From an uncultured Candidatus Saccharibacteria bacterium (GTDB taxonomy: Bacteria; Patescibacteriota; Minisyncoccia; Phycocordibacterales; UBA1006), in contig CAZQDL010000001.1 of NCBI GenBank assembly GCA_964592365.1, forward strand, positions 79,541 through 143,540: DNA of 64,000 bases. The letters are read 5' to 3'. The position numbers and the translations under genes are program-made. The notes beneath the pieces are model-generated. The model searched no databases. It worked only from the letters and a program-made list of their open reading frames with translations, and was not told where the DNA came from. Positions 31,023 through 39,500 of this stretch are shown here, piece by piece; position 1 is the first letter of the stretch, and each line of letters starts with the position of its first letter.

Positions 31023-31154
31023 AGAAAAAATCCCCTTACTAAAAGCGGATTTTTGTATACTTTCTTTGGAAGAATATAGGGTTTATATTTGACATATTAT
31101 AAATTTATATACATAATATATTTAGATTATGTTTAACAATTAAATTATATAAAA

Positions 31155-31835
31155 ATGACAAAAAAAAATTCAAAATCAGAATTAAAAGCGATCGAAGGGT
31201 TTTCCGCAGGAGAAGTACAATCAGCAGAAGAAACCTTCGATAATTTATGTTTCTTTTTAGAAAATCTATTAAAAGTTTTTCCAGACAATGAGTTTGGAAG
31301 GTTGAATTCATTTTATTCAATCCCTTCAATTCGTAAATATCTGTATAACATAAATCGAGAATGGGGTTATTGTAGTCCAGCTGATCTTTCTCAAGGAGAA
31401 CTTGCTGATTTGAAGTTTACCTTGCATGTACTCGAGAATTTTATGGTAGAAGAGGCAACGGAATATATATCTGGTGTAGTAACTGAAGCAGCAACTTATT
31501 TTGCTTCAATTAATTTAAGCATTAATTTGTCTGGTAAAATTAATTTCAGATTAAATGAAGATGGAGATCTCGCGCCCTTACATTGCCAAGATGCCTTATA
31601 TTATGAAATGTATTTAAATAATATTGCACCTATAATAAAAAGCATTGAGCTTTCTCCTGATTCATTTTTGGAATATAAAGCGGCTCGAAAATCTATGTTC
31701 TTTAATCGTAACCGCAATACTAAATCATTAATAGAAGGAACGTTAACATTAAGTGACACACTTTTAGTTATGAAGACAATTCACACAACAGGTTTTGTTA
31801 TTGGAAGTTTTCCAAAAGTACAAGTTAGTTCTTAG
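31155..31835 (+). CDS. Hypothetical protein
   Basis: 226-aa ORF; upstream TTGACA-17-CATAAT; downstream hairpin AACCCTTAGCAT/ATGTTAAGGGTT. Confidence 0.65.
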   Translation: MTKKNSKSELKAIEGFSAGEVQSAEETFDNLCFFLENLLKVFPDNEFGRLNSFYSIPSIRKYLYNINREWGYCSPADLSQGELADLKFTLHVLENFMVEEATEYISGVVTEAATYFASINLSINLSGKINFRLNEDGDLAPLHCQDALYYEMYLNNIAPIIKSIELSPDSFLEYKAARKSMFFNRNRNTKSLIEGTLTLSDTLLVMKTIHTTGFVIGSFPKVQVSS

Positions 31836-31899
31836 TCTGAATTAAAATTTAAAATAGTATAACCCTTAGCATATATGTTAAGGGTTATTTATATTTCAA

Positions 31900-31927
31900 A
31901 ATTCGTATCTTATTTATAAACTGATCT
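31900..31927 (+). repeat. Degenerate 28-bp motif R6
   Basis: AATTCGTATCTTATTTATAAACTGATCT, 18/28. Confidence 0.75.
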
Positions 31928-32048
31928 TAGCGTGTTAAAAACCTCATGCATATTGAACCTTGAATTCTTATTTCGAGATTATAAAGGTATTATTTCATCT
32001 CTATCGTATCAAATACTGCATCTAATCGTATCATTATGATACGATTTT

Positions 32049-32076
32049 GATATATGTCCTATTTATAAACTGAATC
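32049..32076 (+). repeat. Degenerate or partial 28-bp motif R7
   Basis: ...TCCTATTTATAAACTGAATC, 17/28; 3' half matches R3 and R6. Confidence 0.6.
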
Positions 32077-32176
32077 AAAATAACAATGTTTATTTATATT
32101 CTGTATAACGGATATCCAGCTTCATATCGATAAAAACTTCCTACCTGCACATGATTTCTTCTGATATAGTAGGAAT

Positions 32177-33160
32177 ATGAAGGATGGAAACGTAAAAAAT
32201 AATCTTATTATTTACCAAGCGGAAAACGGAGCTATCGAGTTTCGTAGTGATGTTGATGCAGAAACGATATGGGCTACACAACAGCAAATTGCTGATGTTT
32301 TTGATGTAACAATTCCTACCATTAACGAACATATTAAAAATATCTATAGAACAGAAGAACTACAAGAAGATTCAACTATTAGGAAATTCCGAATAGTTCG
32401 AAATGAAAGTAATCGCGAGGTAGAGAGAGAAATTAATCACTACAATCTTGATATGATTATTTCTATTGGATACAGAGTAAATTCAAAAGTTGCTACTAAT
32501 TTCCGAACATGGGCAACCCAAACGATCAAGCAACACATCACCAAGGGATACACTATAAACGAGAAACTCCTCTCTCAGAAAAAAGATCTCTATCTTAAAG
32601 TTCTTGATGATATAAAGATACTTAATGCACAGGGAGACTTACTTGCAAGTGATGATATTATAAACCTTATCAAATCATTTTCAGAAACTTGGTTTAGCTT
32701 ACAATCATATGATGCTGGAACCATACCGGGTACAGGATTTACTAAAAAAGACCTCACTCTCTCAAGCAGTGAATTATATCTAGATATACAGACCCTTAAG
32801 TCTGAGCTTATGAAAAAAGGGGAAGCAACTGATATCTTTGCACAAGAAAAAACGACAGATTCATTGAAAGGTATCTTTGGAAATATTATGCAATCGGTTT
32901 TTGGTAATGATGTTTATCCAACGCTCGAAGAAAAAGCAGCTCACTTTCTCTATTTCATTATCAAAAATCACCCATTTAATGATGGAAATAAGCGAACGGG
33001 AGCTTTTACTTTTCTTTGGTTCTTGAAGAAATCAGGGCTTGATACAAGTATTACAATTACTCCAAATGCACTAACCACCTTAACTTTGTTGATCGCCCAA
33101 TCTGACCCTGCTGACAAAGACCGTATTATTGGTTTAATTTTGTTAATGTTTCATAAATAG
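32177..33160 (+). CDS. Virulence RhuM / Fic-DOC family protein
   Basis: ETIWATQQQIADVF, HYNLDMIISIGYRVNS (RhuM); HPFNDGNKR (Fic/Doc). Confidence 0.92.
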   Translation: MKDGNVKNNLIIYQAENGAIEFRSDVDAETIWATQQQIADVFDVTIPTINEHIKNIYRTEELQEDSTIRKFRIVRNESNREVEREINHYNLDMIISIGYRVNSKVATNFRTWATQTIKQHITKGYTINEKLLSQKKDLYLKVLDDIKILNAQGDLLASDDIINLIKSFSETWFSLQSYDAGTIPGTGFTKKDLTLSSSELYLDIQTLKSELMKKGEATDIFAQEKTTDSLKGIFGNIMQSVFGNDVYPTLEEKAAHFLYFIIKNHPFNDGNKRTGAFTFLWFLKKSGLDTSITITPNALTTLTLLIAQSDPADKDRIIGLILLMFHK

Positions 33161-33180
33161 TGTTTATTTCAAATATGTAA

Positions 33181-33208
33181 TTTTCGTATCCCATTCATGA
33201 ACTGACCC
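33181..33208 (+). repeat. 28-bp motif R8
   Basis: TTTTCGTATCCCATTCATGAACTGACCC, 21/28; 20 nt after the Fic stop. Confidence 0.85.
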
Positions 33209-33412
33209 TAGCGGGTTAGGATACACTACTTATTAAAAGCTTTATTCATATAAGGCTTTTAATATAATCAAAACCATTCTCATTGCCTCTATAACTATTA
33301 CCTATTACAATGTAATTATTATGAACAACACTCATAAATCAAAAGGATTTACCTTAATTGAACTCCTCGTAGTAGTAGCCATCATTGGAATACTAGCTAC
33401 GGTGGTGTTGGC
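33200..33412 (+). repeat. ~213-bp direct repeat copy 2 (pilin leader plus N-terminal coding region)
   Basis: Colinear with 25599-25811 at offset 7601. Confidence 0.92.
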
Positions 33413-33809
33413 ATCATTAGAAGGTGCACGAAGTAAAGCAAGAGATGCAAAAAGACTTTCTGATTTAAAACAAATTCAAATTGCATTAGAGATGTACTAT
33501 GGTGATAACGGTTCATATCCTAATAATGGTGGTGGTTGGTGGGGAAATTGCTCGACTTTTGGGTCTCGTGGGGTAACAGGTCCAACTGGGTATATTCCTA
33601 ACCTAGCTCCTAATTATATTTCAGTTTTACCACTAGATCCTAAACCCTCAAACGGAGCATGTTATTTGTATAGATCTTCTGATCCAAATTCATATATGTT
33701 TTTAATTTATCAAACCGTCGAAGGGGTTGTTCCAGATTCATTAAAAAGACCAAACTACCCAAATGAAAAGAACTACGCTGTTTATGCGGGGAACGGTTCT
33801 AGTTACTAA
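33321..33809 (+). CDS. Type IV pilin / GspG-like prepilin (cassette pilin B)
   Basis: KG|FTLIELLVVVAIIG; RDAKRLSDLKQIQIALEMYY..NGSYP; LPLDP. Confidence 0.93.
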   Translation: MNNTHKSKGFTLIELLVVVAIIGILATVVLASLEGARSKARDAKRLSDLKQIQIALEMYYGDNGSYPNNGGGWWGNCSTFGSRGVTGPTGYIPNLAPNYISVLPLDPKPSNGACYLYRSSDPNSYMFLIYQTVEGVVPDSLKRPNYPNEKNYAVYAGNGSSY

Positions 33810-33873
33810 CCTCTATGCCACTTTTGTAAAAAAGATATCTATTTTCAGCTCAAAAATACTTTCTTTAAATTTG

Positions 33874-33901
33874 GTTCCGTATCCTAATCACAAACTGACC
33901 C
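33874..33901 (+). repeat. 28-bp motif R9
   Basis: GTTCCGTATCCTAATCACAAACTGACCC, 27/28. Confidence 0.95.
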
Positions 33902-33905
33902 AGAT

Positions 33906-33935
33906 AAAAATCCCCTTAGCGAAAAGGGGATTTTT
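33906..33935 (+). terminator. Hairpin terminator following R9
   Basis: AAAAATCCCCTT-loop-AAGGGGATTTTT. Confidence 0.8.
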
Positions 33936-34060
33936 ATCTATACTTTTCGGTAAAATAACCTTGATATATTACACAATACTATTTACAAATAGCAAGTATA
34001 TGTTAGTATTATAAAAAATTGAATTAATTTTCACATATACTAACAATTAAAACATAAATA

Positions 34061-34498
34061 ATGACAGGAAAAATTCCGATTACCCAAAAAATTGAACTAA
34101 GATCTAGTACTGACCAATGGAAAATGGTTGAACACAAACTAATCAACGAACTATCATGTTCAGGTTTGATTGAGATTCACAAAAACACAAAAGTTAGAAT
34201 TAATATCGTTATTAACTCCGTTAGAAGCCCACATAGCCATCATTTTGAAAGTGTTACTGAGGTGACTGGAGATAGTAAGAATTCAATGATTAATAAAGGT
34301 CTTGAAAGAATAACTGATTATTTCCAAGATCTTTGTAATAAAAAGACTTGGATACTAATTGGGTATATTCGTGGAAGTAATCTAGTTCCGATAATGATAG
34401 TTTATTATGAGTCATTTGATATCTCAATATATACAATTAAATTCAAAAAAGAATCGTATCTTGATTTTCTGCCAGAGGGAGTTTCACCTTCAGAATAG
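34061..34498 (+). CDS. Hypothetical protein
   Basis: 145-aa ORF followed by the hairpin AAAAACCTAC/GTAGGTTTTT. Confidence 0.6.
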   Translation: MTGKIPITQKIELRSSTDQWKMVEHKLINELSCSGLIEIHKNTKVRINIVINSVRSPHSHHFESVTEVTGDSKNSMINKGLERITDYFQDLCNKKTWILIGYIRGSNLVPIMIVYYESFDISIYTIKFKKESYLDFLPEGVSPSE

Positions 34499-34543
34499 AA
34501 TGCTAATTTGATAAAAACCTACTAATGTAGGTTTTTTTAATAT

Positions 34544-34571
34544 GTCTCGCATTCTCTCCCTAAGTTGACTC
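34544..34571 (+). repeat. Highly degenerate 28-bp motif R10 (possible end of the array)
   Basis: GTCTCGCATTCTCTCCCTAAGTTGACTC, 18/28 ungapped, at the expected position after a gene. Confidence 0.5.
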
Positions 34572-34780
34572 AATCCTTTTTGTTTAGATAAAGGGTGTAT
34601 CCTTAAAATTTTCATGTTGGAAATTGAAATACTATAAATACCATGCCATTCTATTTAGTTTATAGTAAACATAAGTATATGAACTTGAGTTTACATACAT
34701 AAGTTAAAAGCACTACTTTAAGTAGTGCTTTTAACATCAGAACAAATACAGACTAGATATTCAAAAATTCTTACCGTCTC

Positions 34781-36307
34781 TTATTTATTCTTTGAGATAT
34801 ATGCATTCTTACCCCTCTTTTTACTCTTAAGGTTCTTACTATTCCCACTTCCTTTTTTTGGTGTTCGCTCTTGTGATCCACGAGATTGAGTTTTAGGTTT
34901 TGAACTACGGTTACTACTATCTTTAGGTCTACGGCGGTGAGTTTCTTCTGTTGGTTCGTGACTAATGTTTTCTTTGATAAACGTAGGGTCAAATTGTCCG
35001 CGATATGCGTCTTTCAGGAGAGCTGCAACAACATTATGTGCTTCTCCTTCGTCCAATAACATCTTTGCAATATCTTGAACCTGACTAAGATCTTCATTAT
35101 CAATAATATGTTCAATACGTTCTATAATCGAAGTTTGTCTTCTTTGTAAAATATTTTGAGCATCAGGTAGTGTTCCTTGTTCCATGGTTACTCTGAGATT
35201 TTTTTCAAAAAAGCGTAATTTACCTATTTCATCACGTGATACAAAGGTAATAGCTGTACCTTTTTTTCCAGCTCGTCCTGTTCGGCCGATACGGTGTGTA
35301 TACGTTTCAAATGTTTCTGGGATGGTGAAATTCACAACAAAATTTAAATTAGATACATCAATTCCACGAGCTGCGACATCAGTTGCAACAAGGATTCTTA
35401 ATGAACCTTCTTTGAAACTTCCTAGAATTCGCTGTCGTTTTTTCTGATCAATGTCTCCGTGAATTGCACCAACTGAAAGACCCTTAAGTTCAAGTTCTTT
35501 GGCAACCTTTTTTGTTTCATGTCGAGTTCGACAGAATACGATTGCGTAAAAATCTTCTTCAACTGACATGATTCTCATAAGGGAATCAATACGCTGACTT
35601 TTTTCTACAGTGAAATATTTCTGTGTGATACTTTCATTAGTCATTTCATTTGAAGCAACCTTCACCACGTCATATTCTTTCATGTGCTTTTGTGCAATAT
35701 CAATAATACTTTTTGGCATCGTAGCAGAAAACAGTAAAATTCTTCTCTGTTTTGGTGTGAGTTCTAGGATACTTTCAATTTCTTTTCGGAAACCAAAATT
35801 CAACATCTCATCAGCTTCATCAAGGATAAAATATTTTACCGTTCCTAATTTCAGAACATTAGTTCGAATGTGGTGTTGGATACGTCCAGGTGTCCCAACG
35901 ATAATTGTTGGCCGTTCTTTGATTCCTTGAATTTCAGTTCGCATTGGATTTCCTCCGTAAATAACTTGTACGGTTGCAGGATGTTCAAGAGCAAAGGATT
36001 GAATTTCTTCAGCGACTTGGATCGCAAGTTCACGTGTAGGTGTCATGATGATGGCCTGAATTTCTTTTTGTTTTGGATTGATAAGGTCTAGCAGTGGAAG
36101 AGCAAAGGCTGCAGTTTTACCTGTTCCTGTTTGTGCTTGGCCTATAATATCCTTCTTTCCTTTTAAAAGAAGGGGAATAACCCCAACTTGAATTGGGCTT
36201 GGTGTTGTAAATCCTTTGTCTGTAACAGCTTTTAGTATTTCAGCTGAAAGCCCAAGATTATTAAATGTACCTGATGCTTCAGGATTTTCTTTTGTTTGTT
36301 GTTTCAT
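34781..36307 (-). CDS. DEAD-box ATP-dependent RNA helicase (DeaD/CshA-like)
   Basis: AQTGTGKT, PTRELA, DEAD, SAT, ARGID, HRIGRTGRAG; basic C-terminal tail. Confidence 0.96.
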   Translation of the reverse strand: MKQQTKENPEASGTFNNLGLSAEILKAVTDKGFTTPSPIQVGVIPLLLKGKKDIIGQAQTGTGKTAAFALPLLDLINPKQKEIQAIIMTPTRELAIQVAEEIQSFALEHPATVQVIYGGNPMRTEIQGIKERPTIIVGTPGRIQHHIRTNVLKLGTVKYFILDEADEMLNFGFRKEIESILELTPKQRRILLFSATMPKSIIDIAQKHMKEYDVVKVASNEMTNESITQKYFTVEKSQRIDSLMRIMSVEEDFYAIVFCRTRHETKKVAKELELKGLSVGAIHGDIDQKKRQRILGSFKEGSLRILVATDVAARGIDVSNLNFVVNFTIPETFETYTHRIGRTGRAGKKGTAITFVSRDEIGKLRFFEKNLRVTMEQGTLPDAQNILQRRQTSIIERIEHIIDNEDLSQVQDIAKMLLDEGEAHNVVAALLKDAYRGQFDPTFIKENISHEPTEETHRRRPKDSSNRSSKPKTQSRGSQERTPKKGSGNSKNLKSKKRGKNAYISKNK

Positions 36308-36539
36308 AGTATTTGGAATACATATATAAAACTATCCGTTTGATGGATGTTTTGTTAAAGATGTATTGTGTTTAGATTGATCGTGATAACAATCATGATC
36401 GTAGTAATGTCGCAAAGCGACCATACCTACAAGGAGAGTACATGTAACTTCGTTGGGTGAACAATACCACGGAAGGGATACAATGTAAATGAATAATCTT
36501 TAAATTCCATGAACACTAACTCAATATAGATATGATAGT

Positions 36540-39500
36540 ATGTATAGTATGTTTAATATTAAAATATCAACTTTAGTTGTCCTTAGTATGTGTATACTAA
36601 CAGGTATATTTCTTTCTGCTTCAGTAGCAAAAGCAAATACATCTAAAACAATTTCAATAACCTTTGATATAAATCCAAGTAGCCTTTCTGTTAGTAAGGC
36701 CCCTTTAAAATATAATAAAGAATTTGCCTTCAGTATGAATGCTGATGATGGAGTTAAAGATTCATATACTATCTTCTACAAAGCACTTAATGGAGGTCGT
36801 ATTGCTGACAGTGATATTTTTTCGAAGGGTGCATATTTTACAGATGGAGCAGGAAATAAAATTCCTTTTCGTGGTGATTTTCAACTTTCTGAAATGAGTC
36901 CTAACATCACCGATACTTTTGTAAATATCAGAAACATTGGAAATACAGGTTACGTTGATTGGGCTGAGGCAACGGAAGTTTCTGAAAAAGGGTGGGGAAT
37001 AACAAACCATGGATGGTCACAAAATGGATTTCCTGATCCTATCGATAGAATTTTTCCATATCCAGCTCCTCATAATCCATCCACAATCGATTATGATTAT
37101 GAAATTTCACAAAACCAAGATGCTATTGAACTAAACGTGGGGGTAAGACCAATCATTTTTGGAGCACCTGATGCTGATCCGGGTTACGAACCTTTTATCT
37201 TTACCGATCATGGTCTTTTTGCACAGTTTAAGAGTTTTAATAATACGAGATATTCAAGTTTTGGTGTAGATATTAATCAAATACTTGATCTTAGTTCATA
37301 TACTATTTTGGGATATGTGTTTATTCCTTTTGAAGATACTGTGTCTGATTTAATTAATTATGTAGATGGTATCAGTGAAAGTAGTACTAATGGAGCTAAT
37401 CATTGGGGTCGCTTAACCATGCATAGATTTTATGAAACAGAAGGTCAGAATGGTTTGGGTTACCAATCACTCAAACAATTTATTGAGCATATTGAAAGTG
37501 AATATGGTCACACAGGAGCAGATAACGGATGGATTGCTTCATCACAAGAAGTTTATGAATATTTATATGCTGAAGAAAATCTCACAATTGGTGAAAGTAT
37601 AGTTGGGAACACACTTACTTTAGATTTAGATTTCGGGAACTATCCAGAGCAATTTAAATTCCAGTCAATTAGTTTGTTAATTGATTCTAACGCAGAAATT
37701 GTTAGCGTTACTTCATCTGATATTGGATCAAATATTAGTTTTAATCCTGAAACAGGACTTATCAATGCAGACTTCAGATTCTCTAACAATGATGCTTTTG
37801 TTGAAGATGCTATTGAGCTTGTTGAGCTGGTAGAAGAAACAAAAAATCAAAATGACTATAACGAGGCAGATGCATATGTTAGTGCAATGGATCCTGGTGA
37901 TGTAAAAACAAGCTTAAGGACAAGATTAGACAATGTCGAACTCTTTGCTCGTGAGTGGTATATAACTTTTGGAACGAGTACAACTCTTTCAAGAGGTGAT
38001 ATCTGGAACTCAGTGAATACCTCCGCTGTCGTTACTAACAAGACATTAAATGAAGCAAGTGGGGTTGCTAGTTCACTTTTGTACAATACAGTGAGTCCTT
38101 TTGCTGGAATAGCTTCAAACGGAAAAACTCCAGAACCATCAGGGTCTGGAATATATGATGACAATATTGTTAAGGCTGGAGGATTTACTTCAGCTAGTCA
38201 AGCAAGTTATAAAATAAGTAATTTAGAGGAAGGTAAGGTCTATGATATTGAATTATTTGCATCTAATAGTTTTCCTGGAACATCTAATTTTTCTGTAGTG
38301 GGTGATCAAGCGAGTGACATTCAATCACTAAATATATTTGGAAATACAAATAACACTGTTATTTTTTACAGAGTTAAACCTAGCGAAAGCAATGATATCC
38401 AAGTTAACATTGCTCCAAATGGTCGAATGGGGGTACTTCATCTAACGGAGCGACCTGAAGTTTCTACTCCTTTGGCATCATCACCTAGTGGAACATACAA
38501 TACAACCCAAAACATAAATCTAAGTTCTACATATAGTGATTATATTAAGTACTCTACATCATCATTACCTGATACATGTGATGATGGACTTTTGTATAAC
38601 GATGTAATTTCAATTTCAAGTTCTGAAACACTGTACGTAAGAGCATGTGATGATGAAGGTAATTCTGCCACAGCAACGTTCTCATATGTTATTGATAGTG
38701 TTCCCTCAAACGTAACTATTAATCAAAAATCAGGAACAAACGATCCTTCAAACGTAGACGCTGTATTTACCGTTGTTTTTGATAATGCTGTATTGGCAGG
38801 AACGTTTACTAAAACTGATATCAGCACAGTAGGGTCTACTGCTACAGGTATCGATATTTCTTCAATCACTGAGATTGAACCTAATGATGGCACAACCTTT
38901 GAAGTTGTAATTACTACAACAGGAGACGGAATTGTTGTTGCATCAGTTCTTCCAGATGGTATCGCTGATTCACTGGGTAACACAAACAATGCTTCAACAT
39001 CAGATGATAATAGTATTACCATTGATACATCATCGAATGATACTGACGGAGATGGTATCTTAGATTCTGCTGAAAATTCTGGATTTAATGGAGGTGATGG
39101 AAATGGAGACAATATTCTTGATTCAGCACAGCAAGAAGTTTCAACGACACTCAATTCTGTTACCGGAGATTATTCAACTCTAGAAGCAACTGGTGACTGT
39201 TCAATCATTACTGAAAATGAATTTATTGCAGAAGGGTCACTTATCGTGTCTGATTCTACTTCTGAATACCCACTAGGCCTTGTAGATTTTCAAGTTGAAT
39301 GTGGTGTACCAGGACAAAGTTCAGATATCGTTATCTATTACTCACAAGAGTATGATACGTCAGGTTGGTCATACAAAAAATTCAACAGCTCTGGTAATGC
39401 TTATTCAGATATTACTGATTTAGTTACTTTCGGAACTCATACCTACACTACAGGACCAGAAACAGGAAATACCGTTACCACAATATCATTTACGGTTACT

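Larger units (their letters stand above)
14032..34571. mobile_element. Accessory region / genomic island downstream of tRNA-His (boundaries approximate)
   Basis: Starts at a tRNA 3' end; contains an Xis-like HTH, R-M genes, ORFans, RhuM/Fic and the repeat-delimited array; no housekeeping genes; no integrase or tRNA duplication seen. Confidence 0.6.

Noticed and set aside
31008-31025. Resemblance of ACCACAAACTGACCCAGA to a 23S rRNA segment (ACCGCAAACCGACACAGG, recalled from memory)
   Set aside because: Only a short partial match with no flanking rRNA similarity; likely chance.
33763-34014. 83-aa ORF spanning R9
   Set aside because: It overlaps the pilin stop and runs through the repeat and terminator; probably spurious.
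23960-34571. CRISPR array interpretation of the 28-bp repeats
   Set aside because: The intervals are 149-4090 bp and contain whole genes, and there are no cas genes in the window.
23960-34571. Classical integron (attC/intI) or pdif modules
   Set aside because: No intI; the core motif is not palindromic and lacks RYYYAAC/GTTRRRY; there is no XerD arm and no alternating orientation.
14032-34571. Prophage or diversity-generating retroelement
   Set aside because: No phage structural genes or reverse transcriptase; mismatches between the pilin repeats are not adenine-specific.
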